64,000 nt of DNA from Stegostoma tigrinum (taxonomy: Eukaryota): NCBI RefSeq assembly GCF_030684315.1, contig NC_081396.1, positions 8,051,628-8,115,627 on the forward strand. The letters run 5' to 3'. Of the stretch, positions 1 through 10,450 are shown one piece after another. Made by a program: the position numbers and the translations under genes. The notes beneath the pieces are model-generated. The model had not been told where the DNA came from. It saw only the letters and a list, made by a program, of their open reading frames with translations, and made no database searches. Numbering within the stretch: the stretch's first letter is position 1; each line of letters begins with the position of its first letter.

Positions 1-454
1 TGCTTCCACATCGGACGGATTCTCCGATTGTGCGACTGAAGGCCAAACATCAACAGAGCTCAGTTCATGATTCATCATGTCAGACCATTGAGTTTCTTTT
101 TGAAGTAGGTGGTTATGTACCAGAATGTTTAATGAAATTACTTGTAATAACTTTCAGGAGGATTCACCAAGGTTCCACAATTGAGATTATTACAAAAAGT
201 CAGAGTGCACAAGGTTGGAGCCTGTCTTTGAACAGAAGTTGGAATTTGTGTCAGGTGTGAAAAAGAGTTTTTTTTAAAGTTGACATGATAAGAATGATAT
301 GGCGCAGAGTTTACATAATTACATCTCTCTCCTCAAATGACACTATAAGTCAGAATATAAAATGGGAAAGATGGGACCATAAATGTCGAAGGTCCAGAAA
401 CAGGCTGTGAATGGGCAGAAACAAATTTTCAAATTGAGAATACGTAAAGCTATT

Positions 455-872
455 GAGTTGCAGTGGGAGAGAGATCCCCTGAGGTTTGTCTGGAGGGAGG
501 AGGGTAACTTCATCAGGTTAGACAATCCAGGAAGAGGCTTGACAGTGAGGATAAAATTGTATCAGAGATCATGGGAACTGCAGATGCTGGGGAATCCTGC
601 TGGGTTCATACAGCTCCACACTTGTTATCTCAGAAGCCTCTTCCAGGGATGCCTAACCTGAAAAGGTTACCCTCCTCCCTCCGGACAAACCCCAGGGGAT
701 CTCTCTCCCACTGCAACTCTCTTGTCTGCATCCCCCTCTCTCCTTATTTATTTCAGAACCTTTTCCCCCTCCCCCTTTTCTGATGAAAGGTCTAGGCCCG
801 AAACGTCAGCTTTTGTGCTCCTAAGATGCTGCTTGGCCTGCTGTGTTCATCCAGCTCCACACTTTGTTATCT
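455..872. mobile_element. Penelope-like element terminal-repeat (pLTR) fragments in inverted arrangement
   Basis: 455-540 and 634-719 are near reverse complements. 571-597 and 780-872 match the terminal repeat of the GIY-YIG/RT element at 52768-54405 (gggaactgcagatgctgg; ctgatgaa.ggtctaggcccgaaacgtcagcttttgtgctcct). Confidence 0.75.
780..810 (+). ncRNA. Minimal hammerhead ribozyme motif (Penelope pLTR type)
   Basis: CTGATGA-a-aggtctaggccc-GAAA-CG-TC: CUGANGA and GAAA boxes plus a GUC cleavage triplet. Stem II has one mismatch relative to the copy at 54310. Confidence 0.6.
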
Positions 873-1261
873 CTGAAGCTATCAAGTGTTGTTTTGTTCA
901 AGGTGTCTGCTGTTCTTGTTCTTCTAGATCTCAGAAGTCACATCTTTTCAGGACCCTGGCGAATAAATTTTGGAGAGTTAGTGCAGTGAATCTTGCCGAT
1001 AATAAATGCATTTGCTACAATGATTCGGTCGTCATGGACCAAGTGTTATTGGAGGCTGTGCAATGATTGGTCAGACTTGTCTTGGATAGTGCCTCGAGTG
1101 GGTGGAGTTGCATCCATCCAGCCAATTGATGCTTCTAGAAGTTTGCCTTGCAGATAGAGGACAGGATCTTGGTAACCTGAAGAGTTATTGATTACAGAAT
1201 TGCGAGCAACGGTCTGTTCTTTCAGTCAGAGTATTCACATGGCTCACTTAAATTAGGCAGA

Positions 1262-1690
1262 GGCATAGAAGCATAGAATCATTCAGCATGAAAATAGACC
1301 CTTCAGTCAAACTCCTCTGCACCGATCGGTCATCGTAATTGTAACTCGCCCCATTTATCAGCATTTGGCCCATATCCCTCTAAACCATTCCCATTCATAT
1401 TTCCAACCAAATGTGTTTTTAATTTTGCAGTTGTACCAGCCTCCATCACTTTTTCTGGCAGCTTGTTGCATACGCACCCCACCTTCTGTGTAAAGAAGTT
1501 ACTTCTGAGCCCTGTTATTTTAAATTTTTCCCCTCTAACCTTGAACTGATGTCCTTTAGTCATGCCCTGATATGCCTTTCCAAAATTCATCACCTCACAT
1601 GTATCACTCCTTGACCCATTGGCTCATATGGTCAAGGTCCCGCTGGACTCTGAGATAATCTTCTACATTGCCCACTAGACTACCAGCTTT
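1262..1690 (-). mobile_element. CR1-type LINE, 3' fragment
   Basis: ORF 1330-1593 (-) reads TKGHQFKVRGEKFK..RSNFFTQKV..NKLPEKVMEAGT..LKTHL, the typical C-terminus of CR1 ORF2, followed by a 3' UTR. Confidence 0.75.
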
Positions 1691-2909
1691 CAGAAGACTA
1701 CAGCTGATTACATAATGATGATATGTCAATTTACATTCCCAAAATATTCCCCAATCTAAAAATGTTTTACCAACCAAATTTCATCTCCCAGGTTGAGACG
1801 CGGGATTGTGTTCTTGTTCATTGAACTAGAAACCGCCTGATCAAATGATTCTTGTACACAATTCAGTCAATCATCACCAAGAACAGAACATGCAATGACA
1901 CTCGAAATTTTGCATTAAAAAGCACATAGATTAACCTTGAAATGCTCAGCAGCCTCAGCAGCATCTCAGGAGCCGAACAGTAAGTTAAAACGTCATGTCA
2001 TGAGTAGTAATCGGAACACTCCTGAGGAAATATTACAGCCTGAAACGACAACACTGGTAAATGTTTCCATCGCTTCACAGCCCTGCCTCCAATGGCTTGT
2101 CTTCTGCCCCTTTGTTCAAGATTTTATATTTACACGTGTATAAACGGTTTCTGTTTTCATATTCTTCAACTTCTCTTTGCAAAGAGGCCCCACCTGTTCA
2201 GAATTTCAAACAAGTCTATTATGTGAGCCAATAAGGACAGTTCTTCGAACAAAGAACAGCTCAAATTTAATATGTTCCTCATATCACGATTTGTACATAG
2301 AAGTCAACATTCTCGTGAATCTCTGGTGCAGCTCTGAAATCACAATCTTCAAACTCTTGGCTGGAATCGAATACTGAACTCTTGAAATATGTTATTTGGT
2401 CTTCGGGGCCTCTTGTGATTTATAATATGTACTGACTTGTGTTGATTTAACAACAAGAAAAAGTACTGGAGTTACTTGTGATTCTTGTTAGAGTCGTATC
2501 AAGCTTGAAAGGTATCGTCAAAAAAATCCTTTCATATCAAAGCACCAAACCTCTGCCAATTCGAAGCATTACCATTGGCTTTTGTTTAAAAACTGCAAAA
2601 TATCAACAATTAATGTGAGTTCCGTGTGCTAACAGTTCCAACTTATGAGCTTTTAGGTGTGTTCATGTCCATGAGTTCGCTGTCTTAACACAGTAGATGT
2701 TCCCAGAAATGAAATTAATATATCACCAAGTTAAAACACAAGGAAATTAAACACATATGATGGAGCCTGATGTGAAGAAATGTGGCATAGTTACATAGAA
2801 GTGGTTTCTCCATTATACTAGTGATCTGTTCATTCTAAGTCGATGCAGATCCCCATAACGTGACTATGTTTAGAGGGCACAAAACTCAGCCCATCACAAC
2901 CCTGAGCTA

Positions 2910-2976
2910 TGACGAATGTGATTGGTTTCTCGCTCCATGCCATGCAAATAAACCCAGTCTCACAAGGCTTATAAAG
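2910..2976 (+). promoter_or_regulatory. IgNAR V promoter: Ig octamer ATGCAAAT (2942-2949), TATAAA (2970-2975), inverted CCAAT (2921-2925), TGACG half-site (2910-2914)
   Basis: Perfect octamer in heavy-chain orientation, 20 nt before a TATA box and ~115 nt before the leader ATG at 3063. Confidence 0.8.
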
Positions 2977-3062
2977 TCAGTGCTCCGATACACACAGTTA
3001 CACAAAGCAAGCGGCGTTGAGACCTAGAGTTTGCTGTTTTCAGTTCCATCGGTGCAGAAACA

Positions 3063-3105
3063 ATGAGTATTTTCTTGCTCTCAGTCCTTTTAGCCTTATC
3101 ACCAA
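3063..3105 (+). CDS. IgNAR: IgNAR leader exon (MSIFLLSVLLALSP, phase 1)
   Basis: ATG, hydrophobic signal peptide, donor gtaag at 3106. Splices in frame to 3240 to give MSIFLLSVLLALSPSVFT|ARVDQTP. Confidence 0.95.
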
Positions 3106-3239
3106 GTAAGTGGTGTTTCATATTGATATTTATTTGTTTAAACTGTGCAATGTTGTTACGTTTTTTGTAATGTCCCTTTCTGAAAACTCTTCTATTGACA
3201 GACAAATATCATGTAATAAATATGCCTTTCTCTGTCCAG

Positions 3240-3507
3240 GTGTCTTTACTGCTCGAGTGGACCAAACACCGAAATCAATAACAAAGGAGACGGGCGAATC
3301 ACTGACCATCAACTGTGTCCTAAGAGATACTAGCTATGAATTGTGCAACACGTACTGGTATCGAAAAAAATTGGGCGCAACAAACGAGGAGAGCATATCG
3401 AGAGGTGGACGATATGTTGAAACTGTTAACAAAGGATCAAAGTCCTTTTCTTTGAGAATTAATGGTCTAACAGTTCAAGACAGTGGCACGTATCGATGCA
3501 GAGCATA
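3240..3507 (+). CDS. IgNAR: IgNAR variable (VNAR) germline segment, type II-like (Cys22, Cys83, extra CDR1 Cys32)
   Basis: Acceptor tctgtccag at 3231-3239. Translation [85 protein letters not shown] has the short FR2/no-CDR2 layout diagnostic of VNAR. Confidence 0.98.
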
Positions 3508-3545
3508 CACAGTAATGAGCTTGCTCTTTCATCATTACAGAATAC
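3508..3545 (+). promoter_or_regulatory. V 3' recombination signal sequence (two-turn)
   Basis: Heptamer CACAGTA 3508-3514, 22-nt spacer, nonamer ACAGAATAC 3537-3545. Confidence 0.9.
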
Positions 3546-3745
3546 CGTCAAATCTCCTATGAAGTAATACGGGACTTATTTTTTCCCTCAATGCTGAACA
3601 TTAGCTTTGATTACGTCAATTCTGATCTGTAATAGCAGGAGGCACGTTATAAATGATTGGTACCAATACTCAGCAGAAAAAGTCTGGGCAAGAGGCAATT
3701 GGATGCTCAGCGCTGCTGTCCAATTTACCATTACGTACGACCATT

Positions 3746-3822
3746 CATTTTTGCGCTGGGATGTAACACTGTGACAGCTACTGCACAGCAACCGAGAAGA
3801 TGCCTCTGGTAATACAGAAACG
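3746..3822 (+). other. IgNAR D1 segment (ACAGCTACTG, 3774-3783) with 5' 12-RSS and 3' 23-RSS
   Basis: CATTTTTGC-12-CACTGTG [D] CACAGCA-23-ACAGAAACG. Confidence 0.92.
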
Positions 3823-4010
3823 GCCAGCACACATTGTCACCAGAATCAGAAATACCTTGGTTCATTGGTTATCGGGATGAGCATCTATTCTGTAGCTTGG
3901 AGGACTGTCAATGTTAGTTTTCTGAAAGAACCACAAAAAATGTACAATTGTAGCAATCTGGATTGTAGTTTGCACCTCGACTTCATGCTGTTGTATGAAT
4001 GAATGCGAGA

Positions 4011-4089
4011 CGTTTTCGTACTGATCTGTGTGACTGTGTTACTTGGTGTAGCACAGCAATGAATCTTTGATTCCCGTCATACTGAAACC
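4011..4089 (+). other. IgNAR D2 segment (TTACTTGGTGTAG, 4039-4051) with 5' 12-RSS and 3' 22/23-RSS
   Basis: CGTTTTCGT-12-GACTGTG [D] CACAGCA-22-ACTGAAACC. Confidence 0.9.
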
Positions 4090-4413
4090 TCCCAACACCT
4101 TGGAGTCCCTTCTTAACGCAAATTATTATTTCCACGCCGAAACACAGCATGCTTAAATGCTCCTTGCAACTGTTAAAGTCTGGCTGCTGCTGTAGAATGA
4201 TATTCGCAGTCCTTCAGTTGATGAGTATGTGAATTCCATAATCATATTCACATTGCAATGTTGACAATTATCCAGCGTTTACTGAGTGCCCAAGAAGTAG
4301 AAACGTTGACTGGGAACACAATGTAAAGGGAATGATTTGCATCATACATTCTGCATCAGTCCACCAATATCCTGGAACATCTGGGTGATATTTGTCCATA
4401 TTAGCAACAATGG

Positions 4414-4481
4414 GTTTCTTGTGCTGGAGTGAAGTGATGTGCTGTGCTGGGGACACAGTGACACAAGTCACGGCATAAACC
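4414..4481 (+). other. IgNAR D3 segment (CTGTGCTGGGGA, 4442-4453) with 12-RSS on both sides
   Basis: GTTTCTTGT-12-TGATGTG [D] CACAGTG-12-GCATAAACC. Confidence 0.88.
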
Positions 4482-4793
4482 TTCCCCACAGTTGTCTGTT
4501 TTACTTCTTGATCGCGATTGCAATAATGAACTTTCTTGCTGATGGCTGCTGCTTCATGAAATTTAACATCAATTTTAGTTTGCCGTTTTCTGGAATTCTC
4601 GTCACATCCTGGCATGTAAACTCAGCATGCTGTCTTTTCCAATGTTTCTCACACTCGCACTGGAGACACGGAAAATGTGAATGGGTTTATAACTGTCCAT
4701 AAATGAGGATTAGTTAATGCTATGCATGTATGTGGGAGACACTAGAGAAGACGTGTCTTTAAATGTTGACGATATTACCGTCGCTTCACTGAC

Positions 4794-4880
4794 CCTTTTT
4801 GGGCAGTACTGATTGAGAACTGATTGACTGTGACTACTATGATGTATACGGAGATGGCACTGTCGTGACTGTAAATCCTG
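4794..4880 (+). CDS. IgNAR: IgNAR J segment (coding 4833-4880, YYDVYGDGTVVTVNP) with 5' 23-RSS
   Basis: CCTTTTTGG-23-GACTGTG, YGxG FR4 motif typical of VNAR, phase-1 donor gtaagt at 4881. Confidence 0.96.
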
Positions 4881-6159
4881 GTAAGTGACCTCCCTCGTTA
4901 CAAATCGTTATGGTTTTGCTGACAAATTTTAAAAAATCATAGTTCTCAGTAAAACAATTTGAACTGCATAACGTGATAAATGGAAGAATGCTTTTAACAC
5001 GGGCTCGGTTAGGAGTGTTGCCAAATATGTGTCTTAAGTTTCAAGCTCATTTTGAGATTTCGTTGGAGCATGAGTATATTGTTAAATATATAATTAGGCT
5101 GGGAGCAAGCCAATACTTCAACATATAATCTACTTGGCATGAAGAATGTAAGATGCTTATTTTAATAGATCACTGAATCCAGCTGCTACAAAGTAAACAG
5201 ACAACGAATTTACACCGTACTTTGCCGTGCTAGAGTTTTACAGATACACAGAGCATTTCATTCGAACAGTTTAGCCAAGTCTGAATTGAGAAAAGCTTTA
5301 TGCTAGCAGTAACGCTTTTTTGAATTGTGTCTGAATGAAATGCAGAGGGGACGTCTCATGCAATTAAAAATTGACAAGAGCTTCGACTGTAATATTGTTA
5401 ACTCGATGGTAAATTCCCTGAAAATAATTATAATAGTTTGAACGAATTGGGACCGAGTGTGTTTACACAATGTAATTTTAATTAGTTTACCCGGTATCTT
5501 TATTAACCATGAAAAGCTCATTTTACTTTTATGCAACGTCGTGTTTTGTACAAATTACAAATTATGAGTTACAAATGCATTTTTTTTCTTTTTTGCAAGC
5601 TTGCTTAAATTGATTTTGATTTAGACATCAGTAGGAGTATTTTCACCAATACAGCGATGACTTGTTCAACTTGGGAAGCTTTCCTGTAGACGAATATCAC
5701 AAGTGTCTGTAATTGGCTGCAAAGGGCTATAATTAGTGCAAAGCAAAATTGCTGAAACATGCTTAAAATCAAAACTGAACTACTGCTTTCCAGTTTGCCA
5801 TAAAGAAAAGTATACAGTGAATTTTATGGGAGATTAAATCAGTCCAGCAAGTGGCAAATAAAATTAACCCTGAGGAATAGCCTTCCATATAATACATGGA
5901 AACATGGAAGTAGGAAGAGCAGAAGAGCGTTTGATTTTTCGAGCCTGCTCCACAATTTAAAATGATCATAACTGATAATTCAGCTGCATAATGCGTACCA
6001 ATTTTCTGCCAGGCTGTTTGATCAATTTCACCCAAAGAACTAAATCTGAATTCTTGTCTAAAACATTCAACGTTTCAGCCTCAGCCACTTTTTCTGTAGC
6101 GAATATGGCCCAGAGAGTACTTTTCCACTTAAGGCGTAATGTTATAGACCAGAGCCACC

Positions 6160-6840
6160 GAAGGGGTCGGGTATATACTAATTTGAAATTTCCATCACTG
6201 GTAGACAGGGTGGTGAAGTAGGCGTTTAGCATGCTTGCCTTCAAGTTTGGACTTTTGAGTATCGGATTTGAAACATCATGTTGAGGTTGTAGAGATGGCA
6301 AGGACTCCTCTGGAGTACAATGTGCAGTTCTGGTCGCCCTGTTATAGGAAGGATACCATTAAACAGGAGAGGGTTCAGAAAAGATTTCCCAGGATGTTGC
6401 TGGGCGTGCGGGGTTGAGGTACAAAAATAGACTAGAAAGACTATGACTATTTAAACTGGAGGGTAGGAGGTTGAAGGGTATTCTTTGATGCTCACAGAGT
6501 CATGAGGTGCTATGTTAAGGGGAACAACAAAGGTATTTCATCTCGGGTAGGTGAGTTCAAAATTAGTGGTCATACTGTTAAGGCGATTGGAGAAAGATTG
6601 AAAAAGACATGAGGGACATTTTCTTTATACAGAGAGTGGTTGTTGAATGTGTTGAATGAACTGCCAGAGGAAGTGCTGGATGTGGGCACAGTTACAACTT
6701 TTAAAGGACATTTTACACGTTTATGAATAGGAATGATTTGGATGCATATGGGTGAAATACAGGCAGATTAGTTGGGAAGATGTTCAGCGTGGACTGGTTG
6801 ACTTCAAAGGCCCGTTTCCATGCTGCATGACTCTCTGACT
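6160..6840 (+). mobile_element. CR1-type LINE, 3' fragment (J-C intron)
   Basis: ctggagtacaatgtgcagttctggtcgccctgttataggaaggat..gagagggttcagaaaagatt (LEY.VQFWSP.YRKD..ERVQKRF) plus a CR1-like 3' UTR. Confidence 0.75.
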
Positions 6841-8462
6841 TTATGAGACGGCCTCTTTTCAGACATCAGTCCTGTCTTCCCGGAAATTAATCTGGTACCT
6901 AGTTTTTCAGAGACAGTATTCGTCCTGTCTCTGAAAGGAAACGTTAAAATGCAGATTGGGCTCAGAGAAATGTGGGGGTGCAGGATTTTTATCAGAAAGA
7001 TGAAATGGTCACTCATTGGTCATTTTTCAAATGACACAGGGATAGGGTGCAGTGAGATAATCGTTCGATTTCACTTCGATGCTTCATGCAGTTTGTTCAC
7101 TCGTGACATTCTCTCCCGGAAGAAAAGTGCTTCCCCTTCAACTGTAACAACGCTAAAACCGATCCCAGGCCATTCTGATTGGATATGATAACATTCTTGT
7201 GCATGCGTGTTTCATTGGTTCAGTTAGTAGCTGTTTAGACATTTCATGGAATGGTGACTTGATGAAAATCCGGCGTCAAATGTCATTCCCTGAAGTAGAC
7301 AGCAGCGTTTTTTTAAGGTTAATTTAATGCCTGTGTCCTCTCCCTGAAAACAGCAAATGAACCATGGCTTTGCCATCTATGTCACTTGTATTCTCAGTAA
7401 CATTCTATATGTATTTAATTTTCGAAATTGCCCAGCATTCTTACTTTAATACACGCATTGACAGTTATTTCCCAGCAATATATTTTCACTTGTTTCCAAC
7501 TTGAATTTCTTTACAGCCCCAGTTAGTACTTCAAAAGCCCTATCATTTTAATGAGTCCTCGTACAATATTTATCGCTGTAATGTTTCACTTATCCTCTGA
7601 AATTTCCATTCTTTATTGGCAATTTCATTTTGTTCACCAATGGAGCAAACGCTGTTTGCATGACTGAAATATATCTCTTCCGTTGATTAAAAGAAGAAGA
7701 AAAACACCCATGGGATGTGGAAGTCGCTGACTGGGCCAACATTTATTTTCAATTTGGCAAATTTGGGGCACAACACACTCTGCCGTATAAAACATAGAAG
7801 AAATTTGGTTGCACAGTTCAGAATAATTCCAACGGTTTATTGTAGTTATTGGTAAACTGACCAACATTTTTTTCAAACTGGCATGCGATTTAATGAAATC
7901 AGTTACAACCTCCTAGTCCTCCACAGGAATAATTTACTCTGTGTTTCCTTAGATGTCTTTCATTTTGCTGGGAAATGGTACACTGACTGCATCTGATTTA
8001 TAGTAAATTTATATTTTGTTATGGCCCTGATTGTGCAATATCCAAGTATGAATACAACATTTAAGTAGCAGTTCAGGCAAGAGGACTGCAAAACCATTCC
8101 TCAGAAGACAACATAATCATTTAATGGACTTCTCTGGTGACCCTTCTCTGAACAGCCTCTAGCGCACTTACATCCTCCCATAAATGAGATAACCAATATC
8201 ACACACTATCCTCCGGGAGGAATATCTAATGCGCCTAGTCTTTCTGAAAAAAGAGAATAACTTCAGTGTCGTTGTGTTCAATTTCTTGTGTGATAAGTGA
8301 TATAATTGGTTTATTTTTCTGAATTACATTATGTCTGTGTGTACTAATCTCAAGCAATACATTCATCAGGCCTCCTCTGAACCTCTGACTCCTACAATTT
8401 CTCTTTGTTTTGATTATACGTTTTTTTCTATTCTTCTTCTGAAATGGTCTTTCTTTATTCAA

Positions 8463-8778
8463 TGAGATGAGATTACCTACAGTGTGGAAACAGGTCCTTC
8501 GGCCCAACAAGTCCACACTGCCCCTTGCAGCATCCCACCCAGACCCTTCCCCCTATAACCCACACACGCCTGAACACTACGGGCAATTTAGCATGGCCGA
8601 TCCACCTAACCTGCACATCTTTGGACTGTGGGAGCAAACCAGAGGGCCCGAAGGAAACCCACGCAGACACGGGGAGAATATGCAAACTCCGCACAGACAG
8701 TTACCCGAGGCTAGAATCGAACCCGGGTCCCTGGCTCTGTGAGGCTGCAGTGCTAACAGCTGAGCCACCGTGCCGCCT
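8463..8778 (-). mobile_element. tRNA-derived shark SINE (HE1/V-SINE-like), near full length
   Basis: The minus strand begins ggcggcacggtggctcagctgttagc..gggttcgattc (pol III A/B boxes), has the V-domain core gtgtggagtttgca..ctccccgtgtctgcgtgggtttcc, and ends in a CR1-like tail. Confidence 0.85.
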
Positions 8779-8829
8779 CCAAAATTTCCCACAACCCACG
8801 CCGATGACCGTATTTTTGTAATTACTTGT

Positions 8830-10450
8830 GCCCACTGATGACTGACTGAATGTCCTTTCTATTTTTGTGATGCAACAAATTTGGAAAACAGAATTTATAC
8901 ATCCTCATCCAAGTGATAAATTACAAACATTCACATTTCTGCATCGGTCCCTCTGGCACATCATTCTCAAATCTTAAAATGAGTCCTGTACACTTACTGT
9001 CAGCTTCCGACTGCCCAGCGCGTCTTCTGTCCATTCCTATATCCTCCACCCAGGTCTTTCATTTTCGGGATGCCAACGTTGACACAGCATTTTATCAAAT
9101 GTCTTCAGATATTAGACAACTGCAACCACCAATTCCCTTTGTCTGGTAGATTTGGCAAATATGACCTCCCTTTCACAAAGTCATTTTGCTTTCACACTGA
9201 ATCCCTTGAACTTATCAAGTGCCCTGCTGTGACATATTTTATTGCATACCCTAACATTTTGCTACTCCTGCTGCGATACTAAATTCTCAATCATTTCTTG
9301 CTCATGGTCGCCCACTATTTTTGATTGAAAGTTTTAAATTTTTTCCCGTCAGTCTAAAGGTCTTTTCCATAATCGAGGATGTCACACAAACGTAAAACCA
9401 AGACATCAGTTATTTCAACAGCATTTTTCTGCTCAGACTCTAGGATGATGCCATGAGAGAACTGGCAGGTGTTGGCTCGTAACTCCAAACATTTAATCGA
9501 GATTGTTCCTTTGGTGATAGTGATTTTCCTGCTTCTGACCTCCCTTTCATTTGCCGATTCATTGTTGCTTCTTGGATGTTGCTTTTATTCTCTGTCATGT
9601 AAATTGATGCAAAATAAGTGTTCTATAAACTTTCTATCTCACTTGTTTTACAGCATAAATTCCTCACACTCACACGCTGCATGAACGATGTTCACTTTGT
9701 AAATCATTTACTTACAAAACCTATAAGAACTCACACGCTCTGTTCTTAATCTCGACTTTGTTTCCTATCGTACTATGATGTTCCACTACTTATTAATTTT
9801 CAGATGATTTAGTCCTGTAAATGCTGTTTAATTTTCTGATTTGACTTCTGTCTGTCTGCAATCAAATCTGTTTGTTTAATGTCGATGTTATCTTTAGCCA
9901 CAGATGGCAGGTAAGACCCTTGGATTTCTCCTTACAATTTTGGAACGTATCTACTTTGTGCGATCTGGAATGTCTCCTTAAATGTCTGTCATTATATCAT
10001 TGTTGATTTCTCTTCGAGCCTAATTTTCCAATTTATTTCAAGCAGCTCCGTTTTCATGTCACAATAACACCTCTTTTTAAAATTTTGGAGCTAATCCTCT
10101 CTTCCTCAAATTAAAAGCAAATGTATTATTGTCGCTGATACGTAGGTGGACTTTCAATACGAGATCATGAATTAATCAGATCATGTTTCACTGTTACAAG
10201 TTCAGCAGAGTTCCAGGACATGCAGTTTGCAGAAACTATTCCAAATCTTTGTACGAACTCCACATTAAATTTACCTTTGCACATTTGACTTTCCTAGCTG
10301 TTATATAGATAAAATCGCCCATCATTACAGACCCGATATCCCGACAAACTCTCATACTGTCTTCCTTTGTGCTCACTCCACCGTGTAGTTACTGATGGGT
10401 TACCTGAACACAACTCCCACAAATATCTTATCGACTTGATCTTTTTTTCA
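8830..10450 (-). mobile_element. Highly decayed LINE (probably CR1) ORF2 remnants
   Basis: Patchy resemblance to the CR1 copy at 32955-35230; no intact ORF. Confidence 0.4.

Noticed and set aside
3110-3562. 150-aa ORF as a stand-alone protein
   Set aside because: It is leader intron + V exon + RSS read-through; the real start is the leader exon at 3063.
4335-4342. Isolated ATTTGCAT octamers (also 19743-19750) as enhancers
   Set aside because: Single 8-mers in AT-rich DNA without a supporting motif cluster; expected by chance.
8690-8778. tRNA gene
   Set aside because: The A/B boxes belong to the tRNA-derived head of a SINE.
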